Assembly (NCBI RefSeq): GCF_000027325.1
Contig: NC_000908.2
Location: forward strand, 270,001 to 302,000
Direction of reading: 5' to 3'
Length of the DNA: 32,000 bases
From: Mycoplasmoides genitalium G37
GTDB lineage: Bacteria; Bacillota_I; Bacilli_A; Mycoplasmatales; Mycoplasmoidaceae
This document shows positions 1 to 9,536 of the stretch, one piece after another. The position numbers and the translations under genes were made by a program. The notes under the pieces are model-generated. The model did no database searches. It saw only the letters and a program-made list of their open reading frames with translations, and had not been told where the DNA came from. Every line of letters begins with the position of its first letter. Position 1 is the first letter of the stretch.

Positions 1-359
1 TTGCTAAACAGTTTAAGAACTTTGAAAAAGTTAGTTATTTTGACCACTCTATAGTAGGAGCTAAAAAAGTGTTATTGAAAGCTAACATTAACCAAAAGAT
101 AGTCAAGCTTAACTTCAAGCAGATCCAAGATATTATCTGAACTAAAATTGACAACTACCAACTTGAGATTAGGTTAGGGGTTGATTTTGTGACAACCATC
201 CCTAATATCCAAATTTTTATCCTCAGTGAACACAAAAATCCAGTTTCGCTTCCCATTGATAATAAATCAACTGAAAACAACCAAAATAAGTTGAAACTTT
301 TAGATGAGCTGAAAGAACTTGGCATGAAATATGTTAAGCACCAAAACCAAATCTACTAA
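1..359 (+). CDS. ftsZ: Cell-division GTPase FtsZ, C-terminal part (5' end is upstream of the window)
   Basis: Frame 3 is open from the window edge to TAA 357-359 if TGA 138-140 is read as Trp. The translation ...SIVGAKKVLLKANINQ...FKQIQDIIWTKIDNYQLEIRLGVDFVTTIPNIQIFILSE fits the FtsZ C-terminal domain pattern (GAkgvL.ni.g...l.E......i......a.i..G......l...i.v.v.atG). Confidence 0.75.
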
Positions 360-404
360 TTAATTTAATTTATCGTTTAGAATTGCTATCTTAAGCAATA
401 GTTT

Positions 405-1874
405 ATGGGTCAAATCAATCGGAAGTTTAGCGAAAAGCAGTTCTTACTTTTTGTTGTTAACTATATTGCTGGATTTGGCTTTATTGCTACTGCTATCTCA
501 CTGTTTCGCTTAGGACCTTTTTCTTGGTTAATCTTTCTGCTTGTTAGCTTAGTTAGTTTAATTGTTACCTTATCATTCGCACGGCTTTCATCAATAGATA
601 GTCAAAACTATGGTGGGCCTTATCTTTGGGCTAAGAAAGCGGTTGATAAAGAGAAGATAGCAGGGAGAATGTTTAGCTTTTTTACGGGGTGAAATAACTT
701 TATCATTGGTCCTCTTTCAGCAGCAACTGCACCACTTTTTATCCTCAATTCCTTTAGTGGTATTGATGGGATTAGAGGTAACTTAGTTAACACTTGAATC
801 CTAATTGCAATAGGTTTTTCTTTTTATGTATTACTAGCATTTATCTCAACCAAAGGAACCTCACTAAACAAGAAACTAATAGCACTATTTGCTTCAGTAA
901 AGTGGATTGTGATCCTCTCAGCACTAATAGTAGCAATCTATGTTATTGCTAGAGATGGTAATGGTTATAGTCAAAACAATAACTTAGAAAGTGGTTTTTT
1001 TGGGAGAAGAGAGATTAGTTTTGCACAGATAGCAACGGTATTTATTACCTTCTTTTATTCTTATGCAGGGGTTGAAGATATCTCAGTGATGACTCCTGAT
1101 GTTAAAACTAATAACTTTAGAAAGATATTAATTGTCTCTTTTATAGCAGTTTTCCTCTTTTATTTCATTGGGATTATTATTCTAAATGGTTTGCAAAACA
1201 TTGCTCAAAGAGGTGGGGAAGCCAATTCAATTGGTAATGTAGCGGATATCTTTAAAAAAGCTGCTGGGCTTGGGACTTTAATCTTTTATGGAGTTGGAGC
1301 ATTGTTTAACAATGTCTCAACCAGACTTTCAACTATTATTGCCAACTCCAGAAAGATTCTTCCGCTTGCTTATGATAACTATTTACCTAGTTTCTTTTAC
1401 AAGCAAAACAAAAAAGGTGAGTTTCAGAATGCAATTTGGTTTACCTTTGGTACTACTTTAATTGCAATGACTTTGCTTGTCTTTATCCCTTTAGTTGCTT
1501 CTAACTTTGATTTTGATAATGCTACTGAGTATGCAGCATCTGTTGGCTCAGCTGCAACTTTGCTACAATATATTTTTGTTTTTTTTATAATCTTTAAGTT
1601 TATCTATAAAAAAGAACCACTCTACCAGAAAAAATGGGTTAAAACAACTGAAGAATTATTGTTTTGTTTAGGAACAATTGTCATTGTTTTAATGTTGTTG
1701 GTTTATCTGTTTCCTGTTATAGATGGATTTTCAAAATGGGAAACTAAACACACATTAACAATTGTGTTATATGGGGTTTTAAGCCTGATAGGATTGGTAC
1801 TTTTTTTGCTCCAAGAATACAAACATAAAAACAAGCAAAATGCAAACAAACAAACAACCCAAACAACAGTTTAG
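405..1874 (+). CDS. APC-superfamily amino-acid/polyamine permease-like membrane protein (paralogue 1)
   Basis: Track ORFs 405-692 and 909-1874 share frame 3. They join across in-frame TGA 690-692 and 795-797 with no TAA/TAG, giving about 489 aa. The protein is hydrophobic and multi-TM throughout. Its N-terminus [33 protein letters not shown] is clearly paralogous to the next gene. Confidence 0.85.
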
Positions 1875-3318
1875 TGAAAAGCAATTCATTGCTTTTGTCT
1901 TTAACTATATTGCTGGATTTGGCTTTATATCAGTGGTGATGACCATGTTTGATGTTGGGCCATTTTCCTATCTTGTTTTAGGGTTAACTTCGTTTGCTAT
2001 TTTAGGAGTTGTGCTTTCTTTTTCTCGCCTTTCAGTTCTCTGTGGTAATAGTGCTTATGGAGGGAGTTATTTAATTGCTAAAAAAGCAGTTGGTACTAAC
2101 AGTAAAACAAAAAGGTTTTTTGTTTTTTTAAGTGGGTGGAATGTATCGTTAACAGGATCTTTTAACGGTGTTGTTATTCCAGCAGTATTAATCTTTTCCT
2201 TTGCAGATATTCCAGTAGTTAAAGCGAATAATAACATCATTATTGGCCTTTTAGTAGGTGGGTTTTTGTTGTTTGGCTTACTTACTTTTATCTCGTTATT
2301 TGGTTTAAAAATTAACAAGAAAGCAATCTTTTATTTTGCTGTTATTAAGTGGATAGTAGTAATAGGTGGGTTTATCTTAGGGATCTATTTAATTGGTACT
2401 ACCAATGGTAAAGGTTTTGTTGAAAACAATTTAATTGGGACTAGGGAAAACATTGATTTTTTCAAGATTATCTTTATTAGTCTGGCTTTAACCATTGCTT
2501 TTGCAGGGACAGAGGATTTAGCTTCGATTACTCCTGATGTCAAGTCAAATAACTTAAGAAAGTGTTTTTTAATTGCCTTTGGGTGTGTTGTGTTACTTTA
2601 CCTAGTTGGGTTTGTTATTATCAGTGGACTTGATGGGATTAGAGGTTATGGATTAGCATTAGGTAATAAAGATCCCAAGGCAATTAATAACTATGGATCT
2701 ATCTACCGTTTGGTAGGAGGAGTTCCTTTACTTGTTATCTATGGACTTGGGTTACTTGTCAATTCCTTAGCATCACGCCTATCAATGACAATTACAACAG
2801 CTAGAAAATATGTAGCTTTAGCTCAAGATGGGTTTTTACCCTCTTTTTTAGCAAAAACTAATAAACATAATGAGTATCATCATGCAGTTTTAATTAGTAA
2901 TCTAATGACTTTATTAGTGATGCTAATTATGGTAATAATCCCCTTTTTACCAGACCATAACAACAATAACAATAGTTTGTTTAATGCTATTGAACAGTTG
3001 GTTACAGTTACCATTGAAATGGCTGCAGCCATTTCTTTGATCCAATACTTTATTACCTTTATCTTCTTTTTTATGATCTTTGCTAAAAAGGAAAACCAGA
3101 AGTTAATTCCCTTGTGAGAAAAGGTTAGTTATGTAATTAGCTTTGCTTTGGTAAGTGTGTTGTTGTTTGTACCACTTTTCCCTTTTAATCAGTGAACAGT
3201 GTTTAACACCTTTAAGATAGTTGTTCTAATTTGTTTTTATCTACTTGGTGTTGGTTTTTTTGGTTATGCTGAATGGAAAAATAAAAACAAATACCAATTA
3301 ATGAATAACAATAGCTAA
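1840..3318 (+). CDS. APC-superfamily amino-acid/polyamine permease-like membrane protein (paralogue 2)
   Basis: Track ORF 1840-3117 continues in frame 1 through TGA 3115-3117 and 3193-3195 to TAA 3316-3318, about 492 aa. It is multi-TM. The N-terminus [35 protein letters not shown] and the internal [20 protein letters not shown] match [20 protein letters not shown] of the upstream gene. It overlaps that gene by 35 nt. Confidence 0.85.
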
Positions 3319-3324
3319 TCTACA

Positions 3325-3720
3325 GTTCATTAAGCGAAATTGCTTTTGAATCGGCAACAACAAACCCTTCTCCAACTCCCCCTCCCCTTCAACTTCCGCT
3401 TCCTCTTCTACCCCCCTCCCCACTTTTTCTAACATCAATGTTGGGGTTAAATCAATGATCACTCAACATTTAAATAAAGAAAACACCCGGTGGGTGTTTA
3501 TACCTAACTTTTCACCTGACATCTGAACAGGAGCAGGGTATCGCAAACAAGGTAACAATAATGGCATCTCCTTGACCAGGTGAAACCTAGTAGTAGTAGC
3601 AACACGTTTAATCCCAATTCTTCTGATAATAAAGTCACTCAAGGTGGTGGCTCCCCAGCCAAAAAAACAACCACCTATCCTGCTTTACCAAACTCCATCA
3701 GTCCCACCAGTGACTGTTAA
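3325..3720 (+). repeat. MgPar-type repeat: truncated, non-expressed copy of MgPa adhesin (mgpB-like) coding sequence
   Basis: A locally C/G-rich patch with no start codon context. Frame 2 reads NKPFSNSPSPSTSASSSTPLPTFSNINVGVKSMITQHLNKENTRWVFIPNFSPDIWTGAGYR. Frame 1, from about 3562, reads DQVKPSSSSNTFNPNSSDNKVTQGGGSPAKKTTTYPALPNSISPTSD. I recognise both as MgPa/P140 adhesin sequence. The homology changes frame near 3565-3575, and the element ends in TAA 3718-3720 followed by an AT-rich spacer. Confidence 0.75.
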
Positions 3721-3789
3721 AATGTTTATTAAAAAAACAAAATAAAAAGCGGTTTTATACAATGTATAACCTGTCTAAAAGACAATTTC

Positions 3790-4653
3790 ATGAAACAGTA
3801 TTTAGATTTAGCTAGTTATGTTTTAGCAAATGGTAAAAAAAGAAAAAACCGTACAGATACAGATACTTTAAGTGTCTTTGGTTACCAGATGAAATTTGAC
3901 CTTACTAATAGTTTTCCTTTATTGACAACTAAAAAGGTTAATTGGAAGGCAATTGTCCATGAATTGTTGTGATTTATTAAGGGTGATACCAACATTAAGT
4001 ACTTAGTTGATAATGGGGTGAACATCTGAAATGAATGACCATATGAAAACTTTAAAAAATCACCAAGTTTTCAAAACGAAACACTCCAAGAATTTATCTT
4101 AAAGGTTAAAACTGATAATGAGTTTGCTAAACAATTTGCTGATTTGGGTCCTGTTTATGGCAAGCAATGACGTAATTTTAATGGTGTTGATCAACTCAAA
4201 AAAGTCATCCAAGAGATTAAAGAAAATCCCAACTCAAGAAGGCTAATTGTCTCAAGCTGAAACCCTAGTGAATTGGAAAAAATGGCATTGGCTCCTTGTC
4301 ATTCACTCTTTCAGTTCTATGTTGAAGAAGATAAACTAAGCTTACAGCTTTACCAGCGCAGCGGTGATATCTTTCTTGGTGTCCCATTTAACATTGCATC
4401 TTACGCCTTACTTGTGTATTTAGTTGCTCATGAAACTAAGTTAAAACCTGGTTATTTTATCCATACACTAGGAGATGCACATATCTATGAAAACCACATT
4501 GAACAAATTAAATTACAACTAACAAGAACAACCCTAGACCCCCCTCAAGTGGTTTTGAAAAGTGATAAATCAATCTTTGCTTATAGTTTTGATGATATTG
4601 AGTTAGTTGGTTATAATTACCATCCATTTATCTATGGGAGGGTTGCAGTTTAA
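3790..4653 (+). CDS. thyA: Thymidylate synthase ThyA
   Basis: Track ORFs 3790-3972 and 4273-4653 share frame 1 and join across five in-frame TGA codons, giving 287 aa. Each TGA sits at a conserved ThyA Trp position ([32 protein letters not shown]). The catalytic motif ALAPCH and [16 protein letters not shown] are present. Confidence 0.97.
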
Positions 4654-5135
4654 TGCTAATTGCTATCTGAGCGATGACACAAGAAGGACTAATAGGTAAT
4701 AACAACACTTTACCTTGGATGATTAAACAAGAGCTAGCTCACTTTAAAAAAACTACGTTATTTCAAGCTTTGTTAATGGGGAGAAAAACTTACGAATCAC
4801 TCCCCAAGGTATTTGAAAAAAGAACAATATTTCTCCTTTCAAAAGATCAAAACTACCGTTTTGAAGAAAAGGGAAGTGAAGTGAAAGTTATTAATGATTT
4901 TTGACCACTAATTAAAAGTTACCAAGCAAATAAAGAAAAGGATTTGTTTATTTGTGGTGGAAAAAGTGTGTATGAACAGACCATTAATGAATGTGATCAG
5001 TTAATTGTTTCAATCATTAAAAAGAAGTATAAGGGTGATCAGTTTTTGAAGGTTGATCTCAGTAAATTTGTACTTAATGAAGTTGTAGAGTTTGAGGAAT
5101 TTAATGTTAATTATTATAGAAAGAAACAACAATAA
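4653..5135 (+). CDS. folA: Dihydrofolate reductase
   Basis: ATG 4653 shares one nucleotide with the thyA stop (TAATG). Track ORFs 4674-4904 and 4944-5135 share frame 3 and join across TGA codons, giving 160 aa. The sequence MLIAIWAMTQEGLIGNNNTLPW...LLMGRKTYESL is the DHFR N-terminal signature. Confidence 0.93.
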
Positions 5136-5140
5136 GAGAT

Positions 5141-6163
5141 ATGGCAGCTAACAATAAAAAGTACTTTTTAGAATCATTTTCCCCACTTGGGTATGTAAAG
5201 AATAATTTTCAGGGCAACTTACGTTCTGTAAACTGGAATTTGGTTGATGATGAGAAGGATTTGGAAGTGTGAAACAGGATTGTTCAGAACTTTTGGTTAC
5301 CTGAAAAGATCCCTGTATCCAATGACATCCCCTCATGAAAGAAACTCTCAAAGGATTGACAGGATCTGATCACTAAGACCTTTACTGGTTTAACACTACT
5401 TGATACTATCCAAGCTACCATTGGTGACATCTGTCAAATTGATCATGCTCTAACTGATCATGAGCAGGTTATTTATGCAAACTTTGCTTTTATGGTAGGG
5501 GTACATGCCCGTTCCTATGGAACGATCTTCTCAACTTTATGTACATCAGAACAGATTAACGCTGCTCATGAGTGGGTTGTAAACACTGAAAGTCTCCAGA
5601 AAAGAGCAAAGGCATTAATCCCTTACTATACGGGCAATGACCCGTTAAAATCAAAGGTAGCAGCAGCTTTAATGCCTGGGTTTTTACTGTATGGTGGGTT
5701 TTATTTGCCTTTTTACTTGTCATCAAGAAAACAACTACCAAATACATCTGATATTATCCGCTTAATCCTTCGTGATAAAGTGATCCATAACTATTACAGT
5801 GGTTATAAATACCAACGTAAACTAGAAAAACTCCCTTTAGCAAAACAAAAGGAGATGAAAGCATTTGTTTTTGAACTAATGTATCGGTTAATTGAACTTG
5901 AAAAGGACTATTTAAAAGAGCTTTATGAAGGGTTTGGAATTGTTGATGATGCCATTAAGTTCAGTGTTTACAATGCTGGTAAGTTTTTACAGAACTTAGG
6001 TTATGACTCCCCGTTTACTGCAGCAGAAACCAGGATTAAACCAGAGATTTTTGCCCAACTATCAGCACGTGCTGATGAAAACCATGACTTTTTCTCAGGA
6101 AACGGTTCGTCGTATGTGATGGGAGTTAGTGAAGAGACAAATGATGATGATTGGAACTTTTAA
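5141..6163 (+). CDS. nrdF: Ribonucleotide reductase small subunit NrdF (class Ib-derived; shows the class Ie Val/Pro/Lys ligand substitutions)
   Basis: ATG 5141 is in the same frame as track ORF 5492-6163 and the two are joined across TGA codons, giving 340 aa. The sequence reads LTLLDTIQ...FAFMVGVHARSYGTIF...ALMPGFLLYGGFY...ILRDKVIHNYY. It has the typical acidic C-terminal tail ending DDDWNF. Confidence 0.95.
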
Positions 6164-6166
6164 GTT

Positions 6167-6628
6167 ATGCATAAAGATATCAAACTAGTTAAGGAAACTG
6201 AAATTAGAAAACCAATTGGTTCTCCTTTTATTGTCTATTTTTCATCTATCTCCAACAACACCCACCGTTTTATTGAAAAACTGGGTTTTCAACACAAAAG
6301 AATCCCAGTTGATATAACCCAAAGCATTACTGTAAGTAATGAGTATGTTTTAATCTGTCCAACTTATAGTGGTGGGGGTAACCAGGTTGAAGGAGCGGTA
6401 CCCAAGCAAGTTATCCAGTTTTTAAATAACAAGCATAACAGGGAGTTATGCAGAGGAGTTATTGCATCTGGTAACACTAATTTTGGAGATACTTTTTGTC
6501 TTGCAGGAACTGTTATTTCCAAAAAACTAAACGTCCCTTTGTTGTATCAGTTTGAACTTTTGGGAACAAAAAATGATGTAGAACAAACCCAAAAAATAAT
6601 TGCCAATTTCTTTCAAAACAGCAACTAG
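6167..6628 (+). CDS. nrdI: Flavodoxin-like RNR activase NrdI
   Basis: An intact 153-aa ORF lying between nrdF and nrdE. It carries the NrdI FMN-binding N-terminus IVYFSSISNNTHRFIEKL and the motif SGNTNFGDTF. Confidence 0.92.
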   Translation: MHKDIKLVKETEIRKPIGSPFIVYFSSISNNTHRFIEKLGFQHKRIPVDITQSITVSNEYVLICPTYSGGGNQVEGAVPKQVIQFLNNKHNRELCRGVIASGNTNFGDTFCLAGTVISKKLNVPLLYQFELLGTKNDVEQTQKIIANFFQNSN

Positions 6629-6646
6629 TATTTATAGTTATCCACT

Positions 6647-8812
6647 ATGACATCCAAAGAAAAAATCCCTACTTTTAATACTGAAGAAGATGTTGAAAGT
6701 TACATTTCTTTTAATGCCCAAGCCAAAATCTATGATGATTTTGCAATCGATTTACAAGCAGTTGAAAGCTATATTCAAGAGCATGTAAAACCCAAAACTA
6801 AGGTCTTTCATTCCACCAAAGAACGCCTTGATTTTCTGATTAAGAACGATTATTATGATGAGAAGATCATCAACATGTACAGTTTTGAACAGTTTGAAGA
6901 GATCACCCATAAAGCATATTCATACCGCTTTCGTTATGCTAACTTCATGGGAGCATTTAAGTTCTATAATGCCTATGCTTTAAAGACATTTGATGGTAAG
7001 TACTACTTGGAAAACTATGAGGATAGGGTGGTGATGAATGTATTGATGTTAGCTAATGGTAACTTCAATAAGGCATTAAAACTCTTAAAACAGATTATCC
7101 TTAACCGTTTTCAACCAGCAACCCCTACCTTTCTTAATGCTGGTAGAAAGAAACGTGGTGAATTTGTTTCATGTTACCTGTTAAGGATTGAAGATAACAT
7201 GGAATCAATAGGTAGAGCGATAACAACTACACTACAACTATCAAAACGTGATGGGGGAGTAGCACTTTTGCTTTCCAACTTACGTGAAGCGGGAGCGCCC
7301 ATCAAAAAGATAGAAAACCAATCATCAGGGATTATCCCAATTATGAAATTGTTAGAGGACTCTTTTTCCTATTCCAACCAACTTGGACAAAGACAAGGAG
7401 CGGGAGCGGTGTATCTCCATTGTCACCATCCTGATGTTATGCAGTTTTTAGATACTAAAAGGGAAAATGCTGATGAGAAGATCAGAATTAAATCACTCTC
7501 CTTAGGACTTGTGATTCCAGATATCACCTTCCAATTAGCAAAAAATAACGAGATGATGGCACTTTTCAGTCCATATGATATCTATCAGGAGTATGGTAAG
7601 GCTTTATCTGATATCTCAGTAACTGAGATGTATTATGAATTGCTTGAAAACCAACGCATTAAAAAGACCTTTATTAGTGCTAGAAAGTTCTTTCAAACAA
7701 TTGCTGAACTCCACTTTGAAAGTGGTTATCCCTACATCTTGTTTGATGATACAGTTAACAGGAGAAATGCCCACAAAAACAGGATAGTAATGTCTAACCT
7801 TTGCAGTGAAATTGTCCAACCATCTTTACCTTCTGAATTCTATTCAGACCTTACTTTTAAAAAGGTAGGTAGTGATATTAGCTGTAACTTGGGGAGTTTA
7901 AATATTGCTAGAGCAATGGAAAGTGGTAGTGAGTTAGCTGAATTGATTCAACTAGCAATTGAATCACTGGATTTAGTGTCAAGGATCAGTAGTTTAGAAA
8001 CCGCTCCTTCCATTAAAAAAGGTAATTCAGAAAACCATGCGTTGGGATTAGGAGCGATGAACTTACATGGATTTTTAGCAACAAATGCTATCTATTATGA
8101 TTCAAAGGAAGCGGTTGATTTTACTAACATCTTTTTTTATACAGTAGCATACCATGCGTTTAGTGCTTCCAATAAATTAGCATTGGAACTAGGTAAATTT
8201 AAAGACTTTGAAAATACTAAATTTGCTGATGGTAGTTACTTTGATAAGTACACTAAGGTAGCTAGTGACTTTTGAACATGTAAAACAGAAAAAGTTCAAG
8301 CCCTTTTTGATAAATACCAAGTAAAAATTCCAACTCAGGAAAATTGGAAGCAATTGGTAGCAAGTATCCAAAAAGATGGACTTGCAAACTCCCATTTAAT
8401 GGCTATTGCCCCAACTGGATCTATCTCATATCTCTCTTCATGTACCCCTTCACTTCAACCAGTAGTATCTCCTGTTGAAGTGAGAAAAGAAGGGAAGTTA
8501 GGACGGATTTATGTCCCTGCTTATAAGCTTGATAATGATAACTATCAGTACTTTAAAGATGGTGCTTATGAACTGGGCTTTGAACCTATTATTAACATAG
8601 TAGCAGCAGCCCAACAACATGTTGATCAAGCAATCTCTTTAACCTTGTTTATGACTGATAAAGCTACCACCAGAGATCTCAATAAAGCTTATATTTATGC
8701 TTTTAAAAAGGGTTGTAGTTCTATCTATTATGTCAGAGTAAGACAAGATGTTTTAAAAGATAGTGAAGATCACACTATTAAAATCAAGGATTGTGAGGTT
8801 TGTTCTATCTAA
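6647..8812 (+). CDS. nrdE: Ribonucleotide reductase large subunit NrdE
   Basis: Track ORFs 6647-8275 and 8354-8812 share frame 2 and join across TGA, giving 721 aa. Motifs present are [22 protein letters not shown] and [15 protein letters not shown]-terminal redox Cys pair occurs in CEVCSI. Confidence 0.96.
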
Positions 8813-8904
8813 CTATTAAAGCAGTTAGAATTTGTTAGAATTACTTGTTTTAAAACTATCTTAATCCCTAATATATAAATTAGAAAGGCAACGGTTTTGA
8901 GAAG

Positions 8905-9207
8905 ATGCATGCTATTGTGGTTTGTGGTGCTAAGCAGTATTTAGTCCATGAAAACGAGTCTATTTTTGTTGAAAAATTAGCTGGTAAAGTTGGTCAGGAG
9001 ATCCAACTTGATAAGGTATTGATGCTTGATGAAAAGATAGGCAAACCTTACCTTGAAAAAGCTAAGGTTGTTTGTGTGATTGAAAAACACGGTTTAAAAT
9101 CGAAAATTAAACTAATTAAACACATCTCCCAAAAACACCACCTCAAGCGTTATGGCCACCGTCAACCCTACACCAAACTAAAAGTGGTACGCTTTATCCA
9201 TGATTAA
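8905..9207 (+). CDS. rplU: 50S ribosomal protein L21
   Basis: A 100-aa ORF with the L21 N-terminus MHAIVVCGAKQYLVHENE and a basic C-terminus. It sits in the conserved rplU-prp-rpmA arrangement. Confidence 0.93.
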   Translation: MHAIVVCGAKQYLVHENESIFVEKLAGKVGQEIQLDKVLMLDEKIGKPYLEKAKVVCVIEKHGLKSKIKLIKHISQKHHLKRYGHRQPYTKLKVVRFIHD

Positions 9208-9499
9208 GATTAATATCTCCCAAAACTTTCTAGTTGCAAAAGGTCATGCTTTGTTTGCTGAGAAGGGTAAGGACATAGTTTGTGCTGCAATTAGTGGAAT
9301 TATCTTTGGGGGGGTGGCTTGGTTTGAACCTGATAAGATTGAATTTACTGAAAATAAATTAGTACCTAGTATAGCACTGAAACTCATTGACCCAACCCCT
9401 AATGTAGCAGTTGCTTTTAGTGTTATTACAGTACAATTAAAAGCAATAGCCAATTCCTATCCTAATCACATAGTTATCAATGAAGAGAGTTATGAGTAA
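9200..9499 (+). CDS. prp: Ribosomal-processing cysteine protease Prp (YsxB family), predicted L27 N-terminal propeptidase
   Basis: A 99-aa ORF between rplU and rpmA. The sequence [21 protein letters not shown] places His16 and Cys28 12 residues apart, as in the Prp catalytic dyad. It overlaps rplU by 8 nt (ATGATTAA). Confidence 0.85.
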
Positions 9500-9536
9500 A
9501 AACAGTTACTGCTACCAAATTAACTTACAGTTTTTC
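9492..9536 (+). other. Predicted L27 N-terminal propeptide, removed by Prp (cleavage after ...NLQFF, before ASKKG)
   Basis: The Firmicute/Mollicute L27 cleavage motif (F-F | A-S-K-K-G) is present, and a prp gene lies immediately upstream. Confidence 0.6.

Noticed and set aside
382-399. A small hairpin ATTGCT-N6-AGCAAT after ftsZ, considered as a terminator.
   Set aside because: The stem is only 6 bp and AT-rich, with no convincing U-tract. It is indistinguishable from chance in this composition.
2067-2318. Short ORFs in the track that lie opposite well-supported genes. Examples: 2067-2318(-), 5148-5351(-), 7616-7819(-), 9244-9453(-), 12904-13284(-), 17898-18239(-), 24966-25151(+), 27206-27415(+), 29543-29812(+), 31619-31888(+).
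   Set aside because: They lie entirely inside longer, motif-supported genes on the other strand. They have low-complexity or hydrophobic shadow-frame compositions and no recognisable motifs, which is typical of antisense shadow ORFs in AT-rich DNA.
3455-3747. A code-4 ORF of about 97 aa (ATG 3455 to TAA 3745-3747, frame 2) running through the MgPar element.
   Set aside because: Only its first ~35 codons follow the adhesin-homologous frame. The remainder is out-of-frame read-through (RWNLVVVATRLIPILLIIKSLKV...), and there is no promoter or RBS context. It is better explained as a silent recombination donor than as a gene.
3790-4653. Apparent pseudogenisation: thyA, nrdE, lon, rpoD, dnaG, glyQS and other genes each appear as several short ORF fragments in the supplied track.
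   Set aside because: All fragments of each gene share one frame and are separated only by TGA, never by TAA or TAG. The TGA codons fall on conserved Trp positions. This is code 4 (UGA = Trp), not gene decay.
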